Of a stretch of 34,189 nucleotides of DNA, positions 7,832-15,246 are shown piece by piece (position 1 is the stretch's first letter; each line of letters opens with the position of its first letter). Below the pieces are notes generated by a model, which was not told the DNA's origin, did not search any database, and saw only the letters and a list, made by a program, of their open reading frames with translations. The translations under genes were made by a program, and so were the position numbers. Source of the stretch: a virus (Duplodnaviria; Caudoviricetes); IMG/VR virus record IMGVR_UViG_3300020319_000008, positions 1 through 34,189 of that record; one strand, written 5' to 3'.

Positions 7832-8266
7832 TCAACTAGGTTTTGTCGGCCAAGTAATATTACTTGGATCTGCTTGTGTTGTAATATCACGTAAAGCCTG
7901 TCTATAAGTTTTCCAAGCATCAGGCATGGTAAGGTCACTACTAGCTCGCCAATCTGTATCTTTTAACTTACGTTCTCTTTCAATTCTTACCTCTCCCCAT
8001 TTATTATTTGTTAGAGTAGTCTGCTCATCTGAAGTTGTAGATTCTACTCTAACTGTATAAGCCTTACCACTATCAACATAAGCATCTACTGTAGATAGCT
8101 TTTGTGTTGGGGTTGTATAACTAAGAGTTTCTACAAGTTCAACGGTATTATTTGCTGTTAAAAAATCTACATTTGGGCCAGCAGCAGTAAAGCTAGTGTT
8201 AGGAAATAATTGTTGGATTGTACCAGTGCTTTTTACAGTAGTGCCATCAATAATTGCGTAGTTCAT
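7832..8266 (-). CDS. Phage tail (fibre) assembly chaperone
   Basis: W..VR.ERE..L..TDW...D.....AW..YRQALRDIT.Q..P..I.WP..P signature. Confidence 0.85.
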   Translation of the reverse strand: MNYAIIDGTTVKSTGTIQQLFPNTSFTAAGPNVDFLTANNTVELVETLSYTTPTQKLSTVDAYVDSGKAYTVRVESTTSDEQTTLTNNKWGEVRIERERKLKDTDWRASSDLTMPDAWKTYRQALRDITTQADPSNITWPTKPS

Positions 8267-8308
8267 AATTAATTTAAAAGAACTTTACTCTTAATAAGTA
8301 TAATCATT

Positions 8309-9211
8309 TTACTCTCCATAAACCGCATACCTATCATTATCATAACCACCTAATATAAGCTTTCTATTTTTATAATCCATTCCTATACCATAATTAGCAA
8401 CTCCACTAGCTGAACTTGTAATGTAATAAAATCCAGTTTGAGTATGTGTTCCATTATACCCACTTCCAGATAAAACAATTTCAGTAGCACCATAATGAGA
8501 GATGGGATAATAACTATTTGAATATCCTTGAATTACTCCATCTCCTGTCCAAACTAAACCATTGCTATTTGAAGCATTATTACCAGTAGACCATCTTCTT
8601 GTAGTACTTACAGTATTACTGCTGATACTAGATGTGCTTGCTGGTAGATCATAACCAAATAAATAAAATTCACTATTATTTAATGTTATTAAATGAGTTC
8701 CGCTATAACAAATACCTCTTGTGTAATTATTGGAAGGATTATTTGTTGTATTAGTAGTATAATTCTGATAACCTATATAAGTTCCTGATGGGTAATTAAA
8801 ATAATAAAATCTTGCATTAGAAGCTGAAATTGCAACAAATACAGGTGTATTATCGCCTAAATATGCAACAGTAATATCTGAACCAGTACTACCTATTCCT
8901 GATGATGAATGTCCCGCTAAATTAGTTTGAGAACCACTTGGTTGATAAAGATTTGCATTACCAGAATATGTACTACCTCCATTACTCCATGCGTAACTAC
9001 TTGCTGTGTTCCATGAAGCAAATATTTTACCTTCTGAATGATCGTAAAATACACCTTTTCCATTATGAGTGTCACTAGAATTACCTTGAAAAAAGTCAGC
9101 AGATGTATTGACAATACTTATAGGTGATGCACCAGTTGTAAAGAAACCACTGTAAGCAGAATCATCAAGACCTTGACTAGCAGCAGAACGTAATCGGTGC
9201 GATAGTGTCAT
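8309..9211 (-). CDS. Putative receptor-binding / fibre tip protein
   Basis: ATGA overlap with the tail-fibre stop; S/G/N/Y/T-rich beta composition; lies between fibre and chaperone. Confidence 0.6.
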   Translation of the reverse strand: MTLSHRLRSAASQGLDDSAYSGFFTTGASPISIVNTSADFFQGNSSDTHNGKGVFYDHSEGKIFASWNTASSYAWSNGGSTYSGNANLYQPSGSQTNLAGHSSSGIGSTGSDITVAYLGDNTPVFVAISASNARFYYFNYPSGTYIGYQNYTTNTTNNPSNNYTRGICYSGTHLITLNNSEFYLFGYDLPASTSSISSNTVSTTRRWSTGNNASNSNGLVWTGDGVIQGYSNSYYPISHYGATEIVLSGSGYNGTHTQTGFYYITSSASGVANYGIGMDYKNRKLILGGYDNDRYAVYGE

Positions 9212-10926
9212 GAAAGATCTCCAACTGTTGCTCCATATAATTGACTGCCAACTTTAAATAATTCTATTGCTGTAGCGTTAGCACCGCCAAGTGTAGGAGC
9301 AGACCCACCGTTCCACTTCATAGTAGGCCAAGTCAAAGTATAGGCAGATGCAGTTGCAGTGACTATAAGAAGCATAGATTGACCTGTAGTTAAACTATCA
9401 GTTGCAGTTCTATTTGCTCCTAATGTCCATGTCTGCACCATTCCATTATCAGGATCTAGGGCTACAGATGCAGCATCAGTGATAGCATATACGGTTTCAT
9501 TTATAGCATCTTCAAAAGTAACTGAACCTGTAAATGTGTCTGCATACTCTAGCTGCCCTACGGCTGTAGCTCCGCTACCAGTAATACTCTTTACGTGTAA
9601 AAACTTACTAGCTGTTGCATTATTATCAGGCAAAACCATTGTATAAGACTGACCGGCACTATGAGCAGGAGACTTTATCTTCACACCATGTGATTGTGCC
9701 GAGCAGTTTAATTGGATGGTGCCGTCTGTAGATCCTGCACCTTTTATTTTTACAATACCTGTTCCATCTGGAGTAAATACTATATCACCGTTTGATGTAC
9801 TTGTAGTTATTTCTCTTGTTAAGACATCTAAATTTCCTCCAAGCTGTGGACTCGTGTCCTCAACAACATTACTAATTCCAGCAGCAGGTAAATTTGTTAA
9901 ATTTGCACCTGATATAGCTGGCAAAGTTGCTGGAAATCTAGCATCTGGTATTGTTCCTGAACCTAAATTAGAGGCATTAAGTGCTGTTAAAGATGCTCCA
10001 CTTCCTGAAAAAGTTGTTGCCGTAAGTAAACCTGATGAAGAGTTAAAGGTTAAATTAGAACCACTTTTTGGTGGTAAATCACCAGTTGCTGCTGTAGCAA
10101 ATATAGGAAAACAAGTAGTATCACTTGATTCATCTGCTACAGTGACATTCGTTGCGATATTAGCAGTACCAGAAGTGTTTTGACTTCCTGAAGTATTAAC
10201 ACCTGGAAGATTTATATTTGCTGAACCATCAAAACTAACCCCACCAATAGTGCGAGCAGTCTGCAATGTTGAAGCCGTAGAAGCATTGCCAGTCAAAGCA
10301 CCAGAAAATCCAGTTGCTGTTAAAACTCCTGATGAAGAGTTAAAAGTTAGGTTTGTTCCTGTTTTAGGCGGAAGATTACCAGTTGCTGCTGTAGCAAATA
10401 TAGGAAAACAAGTAGTATCACTTGATTCATCTGCAAGTGTAACTTGTGTAGCAGGTCCAATAAATGAGTCTGCTGTAATACCATTAGAACTAAAACTTGC
10501 AACTTCGGAAGCATTAGAAACAAATCCAACAGATCCAGATGATTTTCTATATATTCCTGTGTCCGTATCTAAAGTGAAAGTCACAGATGGGACATTAGAT
10601 GAGCCGTCCGGAAATGTACCCCCTGCATTCAAGTAATCAGCAGTTGCATATATTATTCCAAAAAATGCATGTCCATTTGTAGGAGCACTACTGAAAACTA
10701 TGTTTGTTCCAACTAAATTAAAACCTGAAGCACCAGTAGGATCTGGTTCTTGAATAACACCATTTACAGATATTAAAATCTGCTGTGGTGATCTTGGAAA
10801 AGGTTCAGGAACAGCTCCCGAAACCTGTAAAGCAAAACTTGTAGTGCTGCCATTAAAACTACTGCTTATGTCATCAATTAACCTGTAATCTTCAGCAGAG
10901 CGAATAGTATTTCCAATATACGGCAT
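9208..10926 (-). CDS. Tail fibre protein, 572 aa
   Basis: Typical marine-phage fibre modules (NASTASTLQTARTIGGVSFDGSANI; DTSPQLGGNLD; SHGVKIKSPAH); internal duplication; C-terminal adaptor domain. Confidence 0.85.
   Translation of the reverse strand: MPYIGNTIRSAEDYRLIDDISSSFNGSTTSFALQVSGAVPEPFPRSPQQILISVNGVIQEPDPTGASGFNLVGTNIVFSSAPTNGHAFFGIIYATADYLNAGGTFPDGSSNVPSVTFTLDTDTGIYRKSSGSVGFVSNASEVASFSSNGITADSFIGPATQVTLADESSDTTCFPIFATAATGNLPPKTGTNLTFNSSSGVLTATGFSGALTGNASTASTLQTARTIGGVSFDGSANINLPGVNTSGSQNTSGTANIATNVTVADESSDTTCFPIFATAATGDLPPKSGSNLTFNSSSGLLTATTFSGSGASLTALNASNLGSGTIPDARFPATLPAISGANLTNLPAAGISNVVEDTSPQLGGNLDVLTREITTSTSNGDIVFTPDGTGIVKIKGAGSTDGTIQLNCSAQSHGVKIKSPAHSAGQSYTMVLPDNNATASKFLHVKSITGSGATAVGQLEYADTFTGSVTFEDAINETVYAITDAASVALDPDNGMVQTWTLGANRTATDSLTTGQSMLLIVTATASAYTLTWPTMKWNGGSAPTLGGANATAIELFKVGSQLYGATVGDLS
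10020..10440 (-). repeat. Intragenic direct repeat of about 45-50 codons (VT.ADESSDTTCFPIFATAATG.LPPK.G.NLTFNSSSG.LTAT.FSG), two copies
   Basis: ccagttgctgctgtagcaaatataggaaaacaagtagtatcacttgattcatctgc is identical near 10082 and 10379. Confidence 0.85.
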
Positions 10927-10992
10927 AGCAGATTAAACTAGAATTCATCTTTATTTCTTTAATTATTTTAAGCTCAGTAAATATGGGACTTT

Positions 10993-11310
10993 TTAACTAT
11001 TAGGTCCTGCTGTAGATGGCTGGGTCGGCCAAACTACATCTGTAATTAATGTGTATGTCTGGGGAACATCTCTTAAATTCTGTCTATAAGCGGACCATTG
11101 AGCCTGATCGACTGAACATCCTGGACTAACAGTCCAATCTGTAGATTTTAAAATATAATCTCTTTTTTTTCTAATGTTTTCCCAAGTAGAATCATCTAAT
11201 TCTAAAACTTTTTCACCATAAACTATAATTTCAATAGCCTCAACTTTTGATTTAAGACTTTCAAAATTATCAGATAAACTTACTAGGTCATTATTTACTG
11301 ATAAGCTCAT
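10993..11310 (-). CDS. Phage tail assembly chaperone-like protein (second copy)
   Basis: WENIRKKRDYILKSTDWT...W.AYRQNLRDVPQ......WPT.P, with a short N-terminal coiled coil. Confidence 0.8.
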   Translation of the reverse strand: MSLSVNNDLVSLSDNFESLKSKVEAIEIIVYGEKVLELDDSTWENIRKKRDYILKSTDWTVSPGCSVDQAQWSAYRQNLRDVPQTYTLITDVVWPTQPSTAGPNS

Positions 11311-11311
11311 T

Positions 11312-11653
11312 TTAAGTCTGTTCTAAATAACTTACAGTTACATCAAGAGCACTTGCTGTATCAGTTCTTACTCTTAAGACATCACTGGATTCCATAATTA
11401 CTTTTGATCCACTAATTAATTCAAGAGAAGATCCAGCTGGGACTGGGGCATTTCTTAAAAGAAATACGTCATCTCCTGAACTAGTAACTAGAAAAACATC
11501 AACATTAGCACTAGATGCTGTTTTATTTGAAACTAAAATACTTAGCAGAACTAATGTTGCAGAACCACCAGCTGATAAGACGTTTGCATTAGTGCTGGTA
11601 TGTGCATCAGTTACACAACTTGATTTCGTATCGACTTTGAACGTGTTTGCCAT
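11312..11653 (-). CDS. Small beta-sandwich tail/fibre-associated protein (MANTFK type)
   Basis: All-beta pattern; PAGSSLE..G.K..ME..D.LRV; sits in the fibre cluster. Confidence 0.7.
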   Translation of the reverse strand: MANTFKVDTKSSCVTDAHTSTNANVLSAGGSATLVLLSILVSNKTASSANVDVFLVTSSGDDVFLLRNAPVPAGSSLELISGSKVIMESSDVLRVRTDTASALDVTVSYLEQT

Positions 11654-11654
11654 A

Positions 11655-12059
11655 TTATCCTAAAGCAATAATTAGTGCTAAGTTTTCCTCAGAGTTAAAA
11701 GAACCAGTTACTGATAAAGACCCATTAACTTGGACATTACCGGTAAAGGTAGCAGCTCCATTAGAATCTATTGTAAGACGACTAGACCCACCAGTAACTA
11801 AGGCTATTTCGTCCGCAGCTGGACTTATAATTCCTGTATTAGAATCACCTGCGAACTTTAAAGCACAGTTACTAATACTTCCTGCTATTAATTGAGAATT
11901 AGATCCATCTTGTCTTAATAAGGGAAATCCTCCATTAGTTATCGAATCGTGTATTACAACAGTTTTTAAAGAAGTGTCTACAGTTACTTCTCCTTCAGCA
12001 CCTTTAAAATTATTGTGCTGAGCTGTTGTACCTCTTCTAAATTGAACTTGAGTAGCCAT
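11655..12059 (-). CDS. Short fibre protein with Mtd-N-like anchor domain
   Basis: MATQVQFRRGTTAQH..F.GAEGEVTVDT.....IHD..T.GG is the major-tropism-determinant N-terminal type; ends ALIIALG. Confidence 0.75.
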   Translation of the reverse strand: MATQVQFRRGTTAQHNNFKGAEGEVTVDTSLKTVVIHDSITNGGFPLLRQDGSNSQLIAGSISNCALKFAGDSNTGIISPAADEIALVTGGSSRLTIDSNGAATFTGNVQVNGSLSVTGSFNSEENLALIIALG

Positions 12060-12063
12060 AATA

Positions 12064-13452
12064 CTATCCTAACGCCACTGCTATTGCGGTAGCAAAACTT
12101 TCCGTACTTATTGTCCCATCACTGTCAGGGACAGTCATGGTTCTAGTTGTACTTCCTGTGATTCCAGAACATTCAAAAGCTAATTTTTTACTAGAGTCGC
12201 TATTATCACTAACTCTAAAAACATTATCTGCAAAATCAGTTGATCCACCTCCAACTAAAGCAATTGTTCCATCTTGATCAGGTATTGTTAATGTTCTTGT
12301 TGTGCTGCCTGATATAGAAGAACAATCTAAAGCAACTATTTTTGTATTATCACTGTTATTTCTAACTCTAAATCCACTATCATTTGATACTACAGCTGTT
12401 GAAGTAATCGAAGCTAATCCGGTAAATGTAGTTTGGCTTGATCCTAATGCAACAGAAGAATTTCCTATAGTCAATGTGCTGTTAGCAAGATTACTATTTG
12501 CAATTGAAGAGGCAGTTGTTAATACTGTGCCTGTCTCTGCTGGTAATGTTATTGTTACATCAGCTGTGGAAGCCGGGCCTACTAATGTTGCTGAATTTGT
12601 TCCGTTATCTGTATCTTCTTTAAAAATTATACTACCAGCAGAAGTAGAAGATCCAGTCAAAATTGGAGCAGTAAGACTCTTGTTGGTTAAAATTTCAGAG
12701 CCAGCTAATGTTGCAAACGAACCATCAGTCAATGCAGTATTAAATTGAGCAGTAGTTCCAGATATTGTATTAGAACCAAGAGCTAATGTTTTATTTGTTA
12801 ATGTTACTGAGTTTGTTAAAGTTACTGGATAAACAATATCGCTAGTTAATGCAACAGTTCCAGTTGAATTTGGAAGAGTTATCGTTTTATCTCCGCCTGA
12901 TGCATCAGTTGCAGTTAATATTATTTCATCACTATCGGCACTTGATCCTTCAAAAGTTATATTACCAGCAGCTATAGATATAGAATTTGCAGCATCTGCC
13001 ACTCCAGAAATTAAAGTTGTTGCAGTAAGAGTGGTGGAAGTAAGAGCAGATAGTCCAGCAATTGTTGTTGCTGTTGCACCTAAATTAATAGAAGTACTAC
13101 CAACTGTTAAAGATGAATTTGCTAATTGAGAATTAGGAATAGAAGATGTCCCAATCTCACCACCAGAAAAAGTTAAACCTGAACCAGAAGCTACACTAAT
13201 ATGTGCTCTTACTTCAGATGCAGACGGTCCTGTGTATGTGATTACTCCTGTTGAGCTATTATATGCAAGACTACCATCCCCTCCAGAATCAGTTACAGAT
13301 ACAGCAGCCCTGGCTCTTGCATTAGTAAAATAAAGATTTGTATTTTCAGATAAATCTGCAGTTGTATTTCCAGCAATATCTAATTTATCTTGAGTATTAT
13401 CTAACTCCTGAAGAAGACCTGAAACTAAAACTAATGATTTTCTTGTTGCCAT
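12064..13452 (-). CDS. Fibre protein, 462 aa, with internal duplications
   Basis: TTADLSENTNLYFTNARAR, TLTNKTL, FKEDTDNGTN and ITLP..TGTV fibre motifs; two repeat pairs; ends AIAVALG. Confidence 0.8.
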   Translation of the reverse strand: MATRKSLVLVSGLLQELDNTQDKLDIAGNTTADLSENTNLYFTNARARAAVSVTDSGGDGSLAYNSSTGVITYTGPSASEVRAHISVASGSGLTFSGGEIGTSSIPNSQLANSSLTVGSTSINLGATATTIAGLSALTSTTLTATTLISGVADAANSISIAAGNITFEGSSADSDEIILTATDASGGDKTITLPNSTGTVALTSDIVYPVTLTNSVTLTNKTLALGSNTISGTTAQFNTALTDGSFATLAGSEILTNKSLTAPILTGSSTSAGSIIFKEDTDNGTNSATLVGPASTADVTITLPAETGTVLTTASSIANSNLANSTLTIGNSSVALGSSQTTFTGLASITSTAVVSNDSGFRVRNNSDNTKIVALDCSSISGSTTRTLTIPDQDGTIALVGGGSTDFADNVFRVSDNSDSSKKLAFECSGITGSTTRTMTVPDSDGTISTESFATAIAVALG

Positions 13453-13518
13453 TTTATATTCTGATGCAATTTAAAATATTAAATTGCTAATTATATTTAT
13501 TTTACGTCTAGTAAACCG

Positions 13519-13983
13519 TCAGCCTAATTTTATAGGACGCTGTATATCTACAATTAATTGACTACTAGATGCAGCTTCTCCTATTTTTGTCACAAAATTT
13601 CCTGCATCCTCTGGAGGTAAATTAGTTATAGATCCTGTTGAAGCAGCAGATAAAAAATAAAAATCTCCTGCATCTAAACCAGATGTAGCAATAAGACCTT
13701 GTGTAATGACGCTCACTTCTGATCCAGCAGGTTTAGTAGTTTCAACAAAGCCTGCTACCCTTGCTTGATCATAAATATTATTAGCTATAGCTTTACCTAC
13801 AAATCCATCTGATTGTCTGGAGTAAACAGCATCACCCTGTGTGACATTCTCAAAACATGTAGTTATATAGCCAGTTACTTTAAATACAGTTGAAGTTGGC
13901 ATTGTAGATTTTGTATCTAAAAGAGCCTCGGTTAATCCTTGAGCATTTGGTTGATAAGGAACGTAATTTTCTACACTAGACAT
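13519..13983 (-). CDS. Structural protein, paralog of 13983-14513 (cement/fibre-base-like)
   Basis: Shares YxPNxxG, FENVxxGDAxYxR.SDG.VGKA.A, GL.AGD.YFLS....G.IT..PP..AG..V...GEAA and PIKL with its neighbour. Confidence 0.7.
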   Translation of the reverse strand: MSSVENYVPYQPNAQGLTEALLDTKSTMPTSTVFKVTGYITTCFENVTQGDAVYSRQSDGFVGKAIANNIYDQARVAGFVETTKPAGSEVSVITQGLIATSGLDAGDFYFLSAASTGSITNLPPEDAGNFVTKIGEAASSSQLIVDIQRPIKLG

Positions 13984-14513
13984 TAACTTAATTTAATAGG
14001 TGGTTCAATGTTTATTGCCAAACTAGAGGTAGTTGCAGCTTCTCCTAATCTAACAACGGCTTGTCCGGCAGTTGATGGTGGAGTTAAAGTTATAGCACCT
14101 GCTGTTGTTGGAGATAAAAAATATAAATCGCCTGCATTTAAACCAGACATGGTTTTAAGACCTATAACAATAACTTTTACAGTTGAACCTGATTGAGTAC
14201 CTGAATTTGCAAAGCCGACTACAGAAGCTGCTTCTGATGTTCCGTCTGCTGCAGTTGCTTTACCTACTTGACCATCACTTGTCCTCATATATAAAGCGTC
14301 ACCTTCGGATACGTTTTCAAATGCATTCGAATCAAAACCGACTTGTAGTGGTGCAAAAGTGGGAAATCCTTCTTTTAAATCAATAACAGCATCAATTAAA
14401 CCCCTGTAATTCGGTTCATATGGTTCACGAGTAAGTGTAAACCCATTACCTATCATCAAGTCTCGTAAGACTGCAATAGCTCCTTGTATATTCGGTTCGT
14501 AAGCAGTAGACAT
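13983..14513 (-). CDS. Structural protein, paralog of 13519-13983
   Basis: Same shared motifs; GAGG SD-like sequence upstream; duplicated YEPN motif. Confidence 0.7.
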   Translation of the reverse strand: MSTAYEPNIQGAIAVLRDLMIGNGFTLTREPYEPNYRGLIDAVIDLKEGFPTFAPLQVGFDSNAFENVSEGDALYMRTSDGQVGKATAADGTSEAASVVGFANSGTQSGSTVKVIVIGLKTMSGLNAGDLYFLSPTTAGAITLTPPSTAGQAVVRLGEAATTSSLAINIEPPIKLS

Positions 14514-14555
14514 AATTTACCTCAGTTAATATCTATTTTAAACTGTGCCTACCAT

Positions 14556-14561
14556 TATAAT
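14556..14561 (+). promoter_or_regulatory. -10 box TATAAT, likely a leaderless transcript for 14568
   Basis: Perfect TATAAT followed by 6 nt and then ATG. Confidence 0.55.
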
Positions 14562-14567
14562 AAAAGT

Positions 14568-14813
14568 ATGGAACCTCAAGTTATTGCTGCAATTATATCT
14601 GGAAGTATTGGTGCCTTTGCTGGTATCAGTAGAGCTTTAGGTAATTTCAATAAAAAAATAGATAGAAAATTTAATAGAATTCAACGAGAAGTTGATGATT
14701 TAAAAAATAGTGTTGTTCATGATTATGTCTTAAAAGAAGATTTTTTAAGAGAAATGCAAGGTGTTCATTCTAAATTAGATAGAATTTTAGATCATCTCCT
14801 TAATCATAGTTAG
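14568..14813 (+). CDS. Small TM plus coiled-coil protein (holin/XhlA-like topology), 81 aa
   Basis: MEPQVIAAIISGSIGAFAGIS, then a coiled coil ending KLDRILD; ATG at 14568 fits better than TTG at 14484. Confidence 0.7.
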   Translation: MEPQVIAAIISGSIGAFAGISRALGNFNKKIDRKFNRIQREVDDLKNSVVHDYVLKEDFLREMQGVHSKLDRILDHLLNHS

Positions 14814-15244
14814 ACATTAACCCAACTAGAACTTGAAGCTAAATATATTTTTAAACTTCCACTACCGCCTCCAGCTGTATCCCAATGTAATTGCCCATCT
14901 ACAGGGTTAGCTGGTTGTCCTGAAGATACAGATGCAACTGCTTTGACTGCTTGGAAAGATGAACCATCATGGACTTTAAATATATGAGTACTGGCTGTAT
15001 CTAACCAAGTTTCACCTTTACTTGATGATGTAAATCCAACAGCCGACGCATTAGGTGCAGTACCTCCAATATGAACAGGACCTACTTTAATCAAACCTGT
15101 ACTTGGAGAAGCAGTATCATCTGCAAAAAATAATCCTGGACTTGTATTATTATTATTTAAAGCTAATTCTCCAGCTCCTAATCTTACTGGGAAAGGTCTG
15201 TCATTTGCTGTACTTGATCTACGAGTTTGAATTTGAACTGCCAT
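14810..15244 (-). CDS. Short fibre/anchor structural protein
   Basis: MAVQIQTRRSS....P....L.AGELALN anchor motif; two G..W.DT...K repeats. Confidence 0.7.
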   Translation of the reverse strand: MAVQIQTRRSSTANDRPFPVRLGAGELALNNNNTSPGLFFADDTASPSTGLIKVGPVHIGGTAPNASAVGFTSSSKGETWLDTASTHIFKVHDGSSFQAVKAVASVSSGQPANPVDGQLHWDTAGGGSGSLKIYLASSSSWVNV

Positions 15245-15246
15245 AA

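Noticed and set aside
10020-10440. Duplicated fibre segment as a DGR template/variable repeat pair
   Set aside because: Both copies lie mid-gene in frame, the differences are not adenine-specific, and no reverse transcriptase is in the window.
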